IMG/VR virus record: IMGVR_UViG_3300037524_002067 | Location: 1 to 64,000 of that record | DNA: 64,000 nt | Reading direction: 5' to 3' (one strand) | DNA from: a virus | Part shown: piece after piece, positions 30,751 to 41,136 of the stretch | Layout: every line of letters starts with the position of its first letter | Position numbering within the stretch: position 1 is the stretch's first letter | The notes under the pieces: generated by a model | Databases searched by the model: none | The model's input: the letters and a program-made list of their open reading frames with translations, nothing else | What the model was told of the DNA's origin: nothing | Program-made: the position numbers and the translations under genes

Positions 30751-31955
30751 TATTGCATTCCCTTGTTTTTTTGCGCTATGAAATCATCATAAGACACATG
30801 TTTTGTGTCACTTATCAAATTTGGAGTTAATGGCTTTTTAAGAGCAAACCATTTTGAATCGTTGTTTCTATCATATGGTGGCCAAAAATATGGATCTCCT
30901 TCCCAACGTCTATTTTCCACAGGAACAACAAATTCAAACACAACAACTTCATCGCCTGGTTCCATAGCTGTAGCGTGAAATAAAGCGCTGGCAAAATCCG
31001 TAGAAACCATATACCAACCAGCGTTATCATAGCCCATAGCTCCAGATGTAAGACCATGTTGTTTAATGCCAGATTCTTTTTTTAAAGAAGTGCCATGATA
31101 TACTTTTATTGTTTTCTCTTTTGAAGACTCTTGTATTTTATTTTTTTTTGTAAAACCACATTTGCGCATAAATTTAACTTCATCAATCTCAATGTTCTCT
31201 TCTTTAAAATTTTTTAATTGATTTAAGGCCATCTTCTTTCTATTGTTCATGTCTTTTACTTGACACAATAAATCAATAATACCAGAAATCATCTCTTTAT
31301 TTTCTTCAGTTTCTCCATCCGCTGATTCATTAACGCCTTTGCTATGATCAAACATATTATAATCAGAAATCTTATCGCCAGGTTTAATCTGAATGGTATT
31401 TACAATCTTTTTCATATTATAAAGAACCATCATTTTTTCACCCCAACCAAATGGATTATCCACAATTTCATAATCAATTCCATTATTAATATAAAAAGAT
31501 CTTAAATATTGAGTATTGGTGGATTTAATTGCTTTCTCGTTTAATATAATGTTGTTAAATGCATAAGCTACTATTTTGCCATCAACAATAAATTTTGGAT
31601 TGGTTATTCTTTCCCAAATTTTTTTTCTTAAATGTTTAATAATATATGTATCAACAAACTGCTTTGCTTTGTCAATATCAATAAAAGCATCATTTATGTC
31701 AACACCTTTTTCAACTGTTACGATATAAAGTTTACGGCTACCTCTTGCATATTTTGCAGCAACATCATATTTTGTAATAAGATAAAGACCAGCTCCCCAC
31801 TCATATCTTCCATTCTTCTGAGCAATAATATCATCATAATCATCAAGATTTCCTCCATGCCAAAAATTCATTGTGTTTGGAATTGATGGTGGGACAATCT
31901 CTTCTCCGCGTAAATGCTCAGATAAAACTTTTTGTATATATTTTCTAAAATCCAC
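30750..31955 (-). CDS. Protein with two ART-like domains
   Basis: WHGG...GAGLYL and YHGTS...GL...WYMVSTD. Confidence 0.55.
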   Translation of the reverse strand: MDFRKYIQKVLSEHLRGEEIVPPSIPNTMNFWHGGNLDDYDDIIAQKNGRYEWGAGLYLITKYDVAAKYARGSRKLYIVTVEKGVDINDAFIDIDKAKQFVDTYIIKHLRKKIWERITNPKFIVDGKIVAYAFNNIILNEKAIKSTNTQYLRSFYINNGIDYEIVDNPFGWGEKMMVLYNMKKIVNTIQIKPGDKISDYNMFDHSKGVNESADGETEENKEMISGIIDLLCQVKDMNNRKKMALNQLKNFKEENIEIDEVKFMRKCGFTKKNKIQESSKEKTIKVYHGTSLKKESGIKQHGLTSGAMGYDNAGWYMVSTDFASALFHATAMEPGDEVVVFEFVVPVENRRWEGDPYFWPPYDRNNDSKWFALKKPLTPNLISDTKHVSYDDFIAQKNKGMQ

Positions 31956-32136
31956 TATTTTAATTCTATGTTATAAACGTCTTTCAAATATTTAACAAGA
32001 TCTTTCTTTTTCATGGTTAATTCTGGAAGATGAATTTCTTGATCTGACTTCTTCTTTGTTACTTCCAATAATGTTTGTCTAACGATTTTTCTAACTTCAT
32101 AAAAAACATTATTTTTGTCTATGTTCGTTTTTAAAC

Positions 32137-34926
32137 TCATCTACTAATACCTTTACCTTGATTTACATAATATCCTATATTATCTGCGTTTTTAAGCTGT
32201 TCTGAAACTGCTTTAAATAAGGCTTTGCCAGCGACGCTTAAATTGCCACCTGGTTTTCCATCTCGCATGTTTTGACAATAAATTCTAACTTCTTTTACTG
32301 CTTTAGCTGTTTGAAATTTATCTGTTGCGTTGTTCACAATATCTCTTGCATAAACATCAAGGTATCCAAGAATTGCCGAATGAACTTGCGCACTTTGAGA
32401 TTGCTCTATATTTGGTTTAACCTGATTATCTATTGGCTTATTTTGACCCATGGCAATAGAAGTCACTAAGGAGAGAGCTGCAATCAAATTCTGCGCCCAA
32501 CCCTCTTCAATCTTTTTTTTCTTTTCAGGTAAAGCAACAAACGCCTCAACTTCTGTTTCTCCATTTGCAAGCCTAACCGAACATCTGTTATATCCATCGA
32601 GCAATATTCCATCAACAACCACTGGCTCATTGTGTAAATCGTCTTCGTGTGGCCCCTCATTATTTTCGATATCGGAATCATATCTACCACCTTCTTTTTG
32701 GTATGCCTCATAGTATTCTTTAAAACTTGCATCGCTATTTAATAAATCAATCAAAGATATTTTTTGTATTTTAAAACTTCTGTGAGCTATCAAATTTTTC
32801 ATAAAATAATCTGGCAGATCATTAGAGTCTGGTGTAATATTTCTTATATGGTTATTTACATCTCTACCTGAAAAAATCCAATCGCCGTTAATTTGCTTTG
32901 CTTCTCTTAAACTAACTTTATGATAATGATTAGAGTAAACATCTTCAGTAAGACCAAAATCAACTAAAACAATTGCGTCTTGTCCACCTCTTTTTACAAT
33001 TCCATATGAGTTTAATCTTTGTAAATCTCCAATTGGAAGATCATAGCCTCTTATAAAATTAAAAATAGAATATACAAACTCATCTTCCCACATTTGTTTT
33101 ACAATCTCAGGGTCAACATCCATTTCATAATTTGGTTTACCTTTTGCTTTAACCTGATTGCCATAATTATTTATTGCAGCACAATAATCCTTAAAAGAAA
33201 AACCAACAATTCTTTCGAAATCTTCTTTAGATGCTGGTCTTGCTAATTCCATTTCCACCCACAAATTATCTTCATCGTATTCAAACACTTGTGCCAAAAC
33301 ATCTTTAATGTCATAATAATTAGAATATTGTATTTCGACTTCATTTTGAGCTATACCCTTACCATTCTTTGCTAGTTTCAACACCTTATCGTTATCAATT
33401 TTATAAACTATCCTTGAAGAGCCTGCTGCTAACCTCTGTAAATTGCTTTGACAATACTGAATACGCTGCTTAAAAGTTTTAAGAGCTTTAAAATAATTCA
33501 TGTCAAAATGTTGCGGATATTCTTCGTCTATTACAATTTCGTTTACTGTATCTATTTTTTTGAGCAAATGTTTTTCAATAAAATTTATAACTCTTTTTAT
33601 ATCATTCACAGAATAAAATTCGCCAATTATATTTCCATCTGCATATAACAAGTATGAATTTTTATTCATTCCAGTTTTTGTATCTTTTCTAATTAAACCT
33701 ACGGCAACTCTTAAATCAATACCATTTAAATTTTTTCTAGCAACAGGATTATCATAATTGAACAGGTTTGTTCTTATATCTTTGTTGGCATTTCCAAAAC
33801 GTACAACACCTGGAGGAAGATAATTTGATTCTATTTCTTTTTTTAAATCCAACGCTTGTTGTTTATTTAAAAACCCACCCTCAATTCCATTCTTATTTAA
33901 AACACTATTAATTTTGTCAATATTTGCCGCAACAACATTTTGTAAAACAAAAGATTCTTTAATTGTGTTTTTTACTATATCTCTTAACTCGTTTTTGCTT
34001 TCAACATAATGCTCGTAATGTTGTATCAATTGATTGTCATTTAAATAATATTTTACATTTTCAGGAGTAAAATTTACAATTTCCCTACCCTTAATTTCTA
34101 TACCATCATAACCAAGTTTAAGCATTTCTTGTTCAATAGAAGTATTGGCTTTAAATTCTCTTGCGTCTTTGTATTTTTTAAAAATCAAATTTTGTTGAAT
34201 CCATATCTCGGCAATATTGGCATCTCTAAAAACCATAGGGTTCTTTGGTTTTCCATTAACAACATAATAAACTGTTCCATACCCTTTTGCCATTGTTTTG
34301 TTGCTAAGCGGTACCATATATAAACCTCTACCAAATCTTGCACTTGAACCGTTGGCGACATCTAGTGTAGAATCTGAAGATATGCCTCTATAAGTCACAT
34401 TTTTTCTTTTCCATTTTTTATATTCAGCCATGCTAGGATCATATTCCTCTTCTTTGAATATGTTTTTATTCGATGAATCCCACTCACCTTTATTTTTTAC
34501 AGATTTCAACTGATTTGGTTCAAACACAAAACCGTCGAAATGACCATCTTTACCTGACAATATCGCCCCATCATAACCTAAACCTTTCAATTGACCAAGA
34601 CCATACTTTTCATATTCTTCCCAGCCAGCTGGATTTTGAATTGATGCGTATAGCTCCATGATATGACCACTACCTGCAGCCCCAACTTCTCCAGCTTCAA
34701 TTGCTGACTTGTTTGATGTGAACCATATGATCGGCTGGACCGACTTTTTTATGTTAAATTTACTGAACTTTTTGCTGGTGCCATGATAAACAACAATGGG
34801 CACCCCACCAGAGGAAACCTTACTACTGCCAAACCAAGCCTTAAAATTGTCATTTAGATTATTTAATACTGGTTCAACTGCTTCTTTTAAAATTTGATTT
34901 ATGAATTTTCTAAGTTCAAATGACAT
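32137..34926 (-). CDS. Polyvalent protein (two ART-like domains, kinase-like domain, ParB-like domain)
   Basis: YHGTS..GYDG; YRG..GRGLY..GYDG; GSSRIVY..LKLAKN..GDL..VLVDFG; PVVVDGILLDGYNR. Confidence 0.65.
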   Translation of the reverse strand: MSFELRKFINQILKEAVEPVLNNLNDNFKAWFGSSKVSSGGVPIVVYHGTSKKFSKFNIKKSVQPIIWFTSNKSAIEAGEVGAAGSGHIMELYASIQNPAGWEEYEKYGLGQLKGLGYDGAILSGKDGHFDGFVFEPNQLKSVKNKGEWDSSNKNIFKEEEYDPSMAEYKKWKRKNVTYRGISSDSTLDVANGSSARFGRGLYMVPLSNKTMAKGYGTVYYVVNGKPKNPMVFRDANIAEIWIQQNLIFKKYKDAREFKANTSIEQEMLKLGYDGIEIKGREIVNFTPENVKYYLNDNQLIQHYEHYVESKNELRDIVKNTIKESFVLQNVVAANIDKINSVLNKNGIEGGFLNKQQALDLKKEIESNYLPPGVVRFGNANKDIRTNLFNYDNPVARKNLNGIDLRVAVGLIRKDTKTGMNKNSYLLYADGNIIGEFYSVNDIKRVINFIEKHLLKKIDTVNEIVIDEEYPQHFDMNYFKALKTFKQRIQYCQSNLQRLAAGSSRIVYKIDNDKVLKLAKNGKGIAQNEVEIQYSNYYDIKDVLAQVFEYDEDNLWVEMELARPASKEDFERIVGFSFKDYCAAINNYGNQVKAKGKPNYEMDVDPEIVKQMWEDEFVYSIFNFIRGYDLPIGDLQRLNSYGIVKRGGQDAIVLVDFGLTEDVYSNHYHKVSLREAKQINGDWIFSGRDVNNHIRNITPDSNDLPDYFMKNLIAHRSFKIQKISLIDLLNSDASFKEYYEAYQKEGGRYDSDIENNEGPHEDDLHNEPVVVDGILLDGYNRCSVRLANGETEVEAFVALPEKKKKIEEGWAQNLIAALSLVTSIAMGQNKPIDNQVKPNIEQSQSAQVHSAILGYLDVYARDIVNNATDKFQTAKAVKEVRIYCQNMRDGKPGGNLSVAGKALFKAVSEQLKNADNIGYYVNQGKGISR

Positions 34927-35346
34927 ACCAATAAATAGTTTTTAAAAGCAAAAAGCCGACCATCACAGATCGGCTTTAAGCTTCTTTTTTAGGACTTTTC
35001 TCTGTTCTTAACCCAGATGCCATCCTTAAGTTTGTAAACCCCTTGTTTAACCCATTTTCCATTTACCTGGAACATGTTTTCAAGGTGTATTACTGTAATT
35101 TTCCAAACTTTTGGAAAACGGCTCAATGCCGTATATTCCTTAGCCAGTTGGATGGCTTCTTGTTCTGCGATCTCTCTGTCTTTGTTACCAGGAGTACTGG
35201 TTTCAACCCAGAAAGAGGGGGCGTTAGCGCCAGTAACACTGGTTAGCTGTACCCTCCATAGGCGTGTTTTGTTGTTCATAAGAACATTGTTGACAATTAA
35301 TCAACAACGACCTAAGAACTATTAATATGTGTATTTCTTTTCATTA

Positions 35347-36030
35347 TTATTTCTTCAGCAATTCTAATTTACCTTTCATGAATTGTTTAAGACTTGTTTC
35401 TTTTCCAGTTTCATGATCAATAACTCTATCGTCTTTTTCACGATACGTTCTTTTTTTGTCTGACCTTTCACCACTTCCTATTTGAGAATTACGTAAATAG
35501 TTCTGATTCTTAACTCGATTATCTTCAAAAATTTTTTTCAGTTTTTCAGTTAATCTTTCCCAAGCGATTACTTCATTTTTTTCACGATCTCTAGAACCTT
35601 CAGATCTTATTACAATTCCAGAAGGGTGATGTATTAGTTGAACACATGATTCGACTTTGTTCACATTTTGTCCTCCTTTACCTCTACTTCTTACATAATT
35701 TACTGTAACTTGATTTTTATCTAAGAAAAATTTTTCTTTCTCGTCAGTTGATAAAATTGCTACACTTAAAGTAGAAGTATGAATTCTACCACCTCTTTCA
35801 TTTGGCGGAATTCTGCACCAAGAATGAACCCCGATTTCATTTTTAAAGAACTCTTTTACACCATTTCCAGTCAGTCAAATTGATACTAAACCAGGAGTTC
35901 AGTGCTCACTGCTAACAACAAAATTATTGTTTTTGGCTGCTTTAATATACATAGCCGCCATATCCTTAACTAACATTTTCGAATCGTCACCTCCCGTGCC
36001 AATGCGAATTTCAAAAACAATGGTTTCCAT
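35347..36030 (-). CDS. prfA: RF1-like class I release factor (no N-terminal domain) with two in-frame UGA codons
   Basis: One frame: EIRIGTGGDDS ... TGA (35899-35901) ... TGA (35875-35877) ... NEIGVH..RIPPNERGGRIHTS ... GKGGQNVNKVES ... GSGERSDKKRTY. Confidence 0.85.
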
Positions 36031-36137
36031 AGCTATAAATATACATCTTTTTTAAATAAAAATCAAATTATTTATATAGTCTTTATGTTGACCATCGAGA
36101 CAATTTTTCAACTATGTATATTTAAAAAACACATAGT

Positions 36138-36884
36138 ATGAAAAAAGAACTAACCGAAGAACAAAAAGAGTTACGCAGAGCATATAAAAGAAAGTGGGAA
36201 AAAGAAAAAAAAGAAAAAATGAGTCCAGAAGAAAGGGAAGTCAGAAGAATTTATATAAACAATTGGAAAAAAGAAAAAAATAAAAAATTAACTCCAGAAG
36301 AGAAAACTAATCGTAAAGAATATCAAGAAAAATGGCGCAAAGAAAACAGGGAACATCTCGCTCAATGGCATCGTGATTATAGAAAGAAAAATCCAGAATC
36401 CAATAAGATAAACACTAAAAACTATCGAAAAAATAACCCAGAAAAATCCAAACAGAGCACTAAGAAATACAAAGATCGCAACAAAGATAAAGTAGAAGCC
36501 TATAGAAAAAAATACAAAACCAGAAAAAATGAATTGCAGAAAATAAAAAAAACAACCGATCCGCTATTCGCTCTTTCAACTAAAATTAGACAAACTATTC
36601 TAAAGTCTTTGGGGAGAAAAACAAAAGGTAGTTCCAGAACAGAAGAAATTTTAGGTTGTTCGTTCTCTGAATTTAAAAAATACATTGAGTCAAAATTTCA
36701 ACCCTGGATGTCATGGGATAATCGTGGCAAATATAATGGAGAATTAAATTACGGATGGGATCTTGATCATATTATGCCTTTAGCCTCTGCAAAAACAGAA
36801 AAAGAAATTATTGCCCTAAATCACCATACAAATTTTCAGCCACTTTGCAGCAAAATAAACCGAGATATAAAACGAAACAATTAA
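36138..36884 (+). CDS. HNH-like endonuclease with a charged N-terminal helix
   Basis: LGCS..F..YIE, MSWDN, WDLDHIMPL, NFQPL; it reads on the + strand (ATG AAA AAA GAA at 36138) although the track labels it -. Confidence 0.8.
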   Translation: MKKELTEEQKELRRAYKRKWEKEKKEKMSPEEREVRRIYINNWKKEKNKKLTPEEKTNRKEYQEKWRKENREHLAQWHRDYRKKNPESNKINTKNYRKNNPEKSKQSTKKYKDRNKDKVEAYRKKYKTRKNELQKIKKTTDPLFALSTKIRQTILKSLGRKTKGSSRTEEILGCSFSEFKKYIESKFQPWMSWDNRGKYNGELNYGWDLDHIMPLASAKTEKEIIALNHHTNFQPLCSKINRDIKRNN

Positions 36885-37330
36885 CCAAAGACATTTTTTA
36901 AAACTTTTTCAACCAACTCCTTCTTCAGCTCTTTTTTTAAATCCTCTATAGATTTTAATAGTTTCTTTTCGGTCTCATCAAAATTTGAATCTCCATCATA
37001 TAGTTGAATACATGTGGTTAAAATATCGTAACCAACTTTTTTATATCCACCAATGCGATCTATTGCGTTTGAAAAATCACTATCCCCTGGTTTAACCAAA
37101 CGAATCATTTCCCAGTAATCATCCATTAATACTCTGGAATCTTTTACCAACGGGTTTACAGCTATAATAGCACTTTCAATTTTTTTAAAAACTTGTTTTT
37201 CTTCATCTCTCAGTCTTGTTGCTTCTTCATACTTTTGAGATCGTATAACATCGTTTTTTTTGATTTTTATATCTTCAAGTTGCTTAACAAGTTCGAAAAT
37301 TTCTTGTGGTAGATATAGATAGTGTTTCAT
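36881..37330 (-). CDS. UvrB/UvrC-motif protein
   Basis: KNDVIRSQKYEEATRLRDEEK. Confidence 0.6.
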   Translation of the reverse strand: MKHYLYLPQEIFELVKQLEDIKIKKNDVIRSQKYEEATRLRDEEKQVFKKIESAIIAVNPLVKDSRVLMDDYWEMIRLVKPGDSDFSNAIDRIGGYKKVGYDILTTCIQLYDGDSNFDETEKKLLKSIEDLKKELKKELVEKVLKNVFG

Positions 37331-38069
37331 GTCATTTATACGTATTAAATTAAAAAAGATTGCATCAAAGCTGCCTTTTTGGGTGGACTGTTGGTAAATC
37401 TTGGGCTATAGTCTTGGCAGAAATATTTTTTATAACTGGAAATTGGATATCCTCAAATTTTATTTTTGTTGGCTCATAGACAATAACTGGTCTTTTTATA
37501 AAGACATCATTTTTATAATCGTAATCTTCCCCATTTATAACCCAATATCTAGAATATTGAGTTGCTGTAACTCCTTTTTTGGTTACATATTTATTAAAAA
37601 ATCCATGCACAAAATCATGCCCACCTCCAACGTGATAAAAATATTCATTTCCAAATTTAAAATCAGTTTTTTGCTTTTCCTTTAAATTTGCAATCGCTTC
37701 TCTTAATTCTCTTTCAGTGTCTTCTTGATATTTATAATCAAGATGAAAAGTTGGTTTATCATTTTTATTATCTTCCATTATACAAAATTTGCTTTGTTCT
37801 TAGTTATAATATAATGACTTTGACATCCATGTCTATGCGCTAAAGAAGGTGCCACTGTAACCCTTCCGCTATTGTCTGTTTCAATAGTCCAACCATCATT
37901 TTTTCCATCACCCACTCCATTAATAGAATTAAGATTAATATAGGTATCCATGCCGCACCCGCAAAAACACTTGTGTTTAGCCCCCATAAATTCTTTGCTA
38001 ATATAAAGTTTCCCTTCTTCGCACAAATCATTTGCTGGAAGATATTCTTCACACCACACTGGCTCTATT

Positions 38070-38765
38070 TCAACTTGTTTTATTGTTTTCATTCATTATT
38101 TTTTCTAAAATATCCGTTTCTTTCAGAATCTGATCCCATTTTTCTTTTTTCATTTTCTTTCCATAATCAGATGTAAATTCTGCAGCTGCAAGAAACTTTT
38201 TTTGACCTTGTATAAAATCTTGGACGCTAATATTGAGTTCGCTTGATAACCCCATAATAGCTTGTTGGAACCAATTGTATTCTAACACTTGCATTATATC
38301 TGCGTCACGAATAATTCTTTGATATTTGTCTAAATCTTTCGATTCAATGATATAAGGATACTGAGTTGCATCAAGAAGATTGTCCACAAATTCAATGTTT
38401 TCATCTGTAACATCAATATTTTCATCTTTTATAAATTTTTTGATACCAGTTTTTGCGTCGGCCACATTTTTATCATCTTTGTGTTTACCAGCAGAATGGT
38501 TATAATCATGCATGATCGCGGCAATCATTGTCCACTTTGCATTTCTACCATCTAACAACCCTTCTGTTTTTAAGCCATAATAAACATGCCTCAATACAGT
38601 TAATAAGTGGTTTAAGTTGTGATAAGGAGCATAATTAGAGGTGTTGTTCTTCACAATATATTTTAAGGCTTTTTTTAGAAAGTCATATTTATCTATAATT
38701 TCCAAAACAGATAATTCTTGTTCTTCCAAACCAGCAAGATTTTGCATTTTATTTTTTTCGTTCAT
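38070..38765 (-). CDS. HD-domain phosphohydrolase
   Basis: YHNLNH, MHDYNH and RDAD motifs. Confidence 0.8.
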   Translation of the reverse strand: MNEKNKMQNLAGLEEQELSVLEIIDKYDFLKKALKYIVKNNTSNYAPYHNLNHLLTVLRHVYYGLKTEGLLDGRNAKWTMIAAIMHDYNHSAGKHKDDKNVADAKTGIKKFIKDENIDVTDENIEFVDNLLDATQYPYIIESKDLDKYQRIIRDADIMQVLEYNWFQQAIMGLSSELNISVQDFIQGQKKFLAAAEFTSDYGKKMKKEKWDQILKETDILEKIMNENNKTS

Positions 38766-39342
38766 TTTTTTTTAATTCAGAAATACATACTTGTAAAGGA
38801 TCCACTCCATATTCAAAAATTACTTCATATAATTTAGAATAATCAAATAACTTGTTTTTTAAAACACCTTTTTGAATTTTAGATTTATATAAACATCTTA
38901 ACAAATTATCATTTAAGGCAAATTCAAAATCTCTATTTATAATAGCTACCGATTTTTTGTGCCAACGTTCTTCCCAATTACTTTCCATTGTAACTAAACA
39001 ACCTATTTTGTGTATCAATTAAAATCTTCGTCATACTCTTTAGCTTCTTCTCCAGGTAAATAAAAACGATCTTTATCGTAATTCCAATGCCTACCATCAT
39101 ATATGCTCAAAGCAATCCAAAAGCCTAAAAGTTCTAGATTTAAATAAAAACCCGCATGATCACATTTGCGAGTTAATTTTAAAACAATAAAAAACCAACT
39201 CCAGTCCTTGTGGATTCCACCTTCAAATTCAATTGCCTTGTTTTTTCCTAACTTATTATAAAAACAAAAGTGATTATCCATAAAAGGACTCTTAAAAAAT
39301 TTCATATCACAAAGATAAGAAACCCAGACGAAATTTCAAAAT

Positions 39343-39609
39343 CTATTTTCCGTATGTATCTTTTAAAAATGTAAATAGAACTCGTTGATCAACAAGCTCT
39401 GCGCCAGCACTAATAGCTATTTGTATTTGTTCACCACGAAGATCGTAGTGAGGCTGATTTTTAGATTTGCCAGTGCGTTTATTTCGTTTATTGTTGTACC
39501 AACATTTATTTACTCCTATTTTTTCAGCGAAGGCATGCAAATTAGGAATTGTGTCGGCCACCAAATGGGACCAACCATCTGCACCAGGAGGATCAATTAA
39601 TACTTTCAT
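39343..39609 (-). CDS. DUF4031-like protein
   Basis: WSHLVAD...LHAFA..IG...HYDL. Confidence 0.7.
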   Translation of the reverse strand: MKVLIDPPGADGWSHLVADTIPNLHAFAEKIGVNKCWYNNKRNKRTGKSKNQPHYDLRGEQIQIAISAGAELVDQRVLFTFLKDTYGK

Positions 39610-39623
39610 AAATGTCTAAAAAT

Positions 39624-39653
39624 AGAAAAGCCCCCAGAATTTCTTCCAGAGGC
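39624..39653 (-). terminator. Terminator after the large ncRNA
   Basis: GCCTCTGGAA-GAAA-TTCTGGGGGC followed by TTTT. Confidence 0.75.
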
Positions 39654-39662
39654 ATCTAATAC

Positions 39663-40488
39663 CAGCCTGAGATTACAGCTAAGTGTCCCGATCTTTGTGT
39701 TGCAGATTACTGTCTCCTGCAGTTGTCCAGCCACCTTTCGATGCGCTATTCGGTAATTCCGATTGCTTACGGCAATCAATCTTTTCGACTCATCAACTCT
39801 GCAGCTACTCATCCTACACCTGTATGCCTACCGATATAAAACTTTGTTCTACAATACAACATTCCTTGTGGGTTTGTTGCTCCTGGTTCATCTCGCGATG
39901 CCAGGACATGAGGAACCTTTTGACTCTATCGTCCACAAGTCTTTTACTTTTTGTCTTTTTCAAAATAAAAGTGTCGGGCTATGAACCCAACCATCATTGG
40001 TTGCGCTGGAAGACGGGCTCATGGATGACAATTCCGATTTTTGCAAATCAGTATATTGTTCCGCCTCCCTGGAGGTTTTGGCAAACCTCACTATTAATCT
40101 CGACAACTCTTTCACTTGTGCGTTTCTCAACACACAGAGGTTTTTAATTACCTAAATTAATTGACTTATCGCATTTGCCTTGCCTGGCTCACACTAATTA
40201 AGTCTCGACTTTTCCTTACAGCTTTACGCTTTCAGCTACCCAAATTTTTAAGTTGGATAGCAGGCCCTGAGATATTAATCCATTGGTACCTGTACTAGTC
40301 TCGTGCCTGGGTATTCTATTTAGAGCAAGCTCTAACAAGACGGAAGTTTAGCAATCTCCCTTTATTCACCATTACTGGGTTTATTTTTTCCCAAAAACCA
40401 GGTTCCAAACCTGACTTTTGTTTAGATCATCCGCAAATGATCCAGAACTTCACCAACCTTATGGTTGGGAGCGACTCCATGCAGCCGC
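39663..40488 (-). ncRNA. Large structured ncRNA, GOLLD-like
   Basis: ~830 nt, GC-enriched, no credible ORF, many hairpins; 3' GAGTAG...GTAATCTCAG; promoter TATATTTG and boxA-like motif upstream, terminator downstream. Confidence 0.6.
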
Positions 40489-40785
40489 AAAATTTTTCAA
40501 TAAGTTTAAAGAACGTTTTCTTTTGTGTTGCAAATATATAAACTCTTTGCGCAATTTCAAAACGTTTTTTTCAAAAAACTTAAATTTTTTTATAAGCATT
40601 TGATTATCAACCTTTGTTTTTTATCTAGACAAAATCTAGACGTTATAAATAACATGAAATGGGAAGCCAGTCTTCCTACACGGCTGGGTAAAGCAAGTAC
40701 ATTTAGACATTACTGTCGCCTTGGATTTGCCCCGCCCTGGGTTCGAACCAGAATTTAACAAACACACTTCAATATTTTATAAAAT

Positions 40786-40948
40786 AGAACTAATGAATGG
40801 TATGGGGAGATGTTGAATCAAGACTTATGCCCACTCACCTCAGCATTACCTGTAAGTAGAGATTGGAGTTAACCAATTAACCTTTTACCTGTTCTCAATT
40901 GCGGCTCTCTAAGCATCAAACAGGAATTGCACCACTTTCAATAGTTCA
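40786..40948 (-). ncRNA. Putative structured ncRNA
   Basis: Closing stem GAACTATTGAA/TTCATTAGTTC; GC-enriched and non-coding. Confidence 0.4.
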
Positions 40949-41136
40949 TTTTCAATATTCAAAGAACAAAACTAAGTGTGGGATTCGATTTTTATATCCC
41001 TACCCACATTTCTTATGTTTCATCTGACTAAAAGCAGGAAACAAATGGTCGATTAGTTTTTTACGATCTAACTTAGTTTCTAAACCCAAGGGTTATTGTT
41101 GAGTTATACGCAAAGATATTACAAAGGTTACAAAAA

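Noticed and set aside
35347-35664. Stand-alone 105-aa ORF
   Set aside because: It starts just after the GGQ motif and is the C-terminal part of the RF1-like frame beginning at 36030.
35875-35901. Selenocysteine insertion at the RF UGA codons
   Set aside because: No obvious SECIS hairpin follows either UGA, and the positions are not catalytic Cys sites of release factors.
36138-36884. ORF track lists this ORF on the - strand
   Set aside because: The listed protein (MKKELTEE...) is encoded on the + strand starting at 36138.
39606-40147. ORFs within the large ncRNA
   Set aside because: Atypical composition, overlapping frames on both strands, and better explained by structured RNA.
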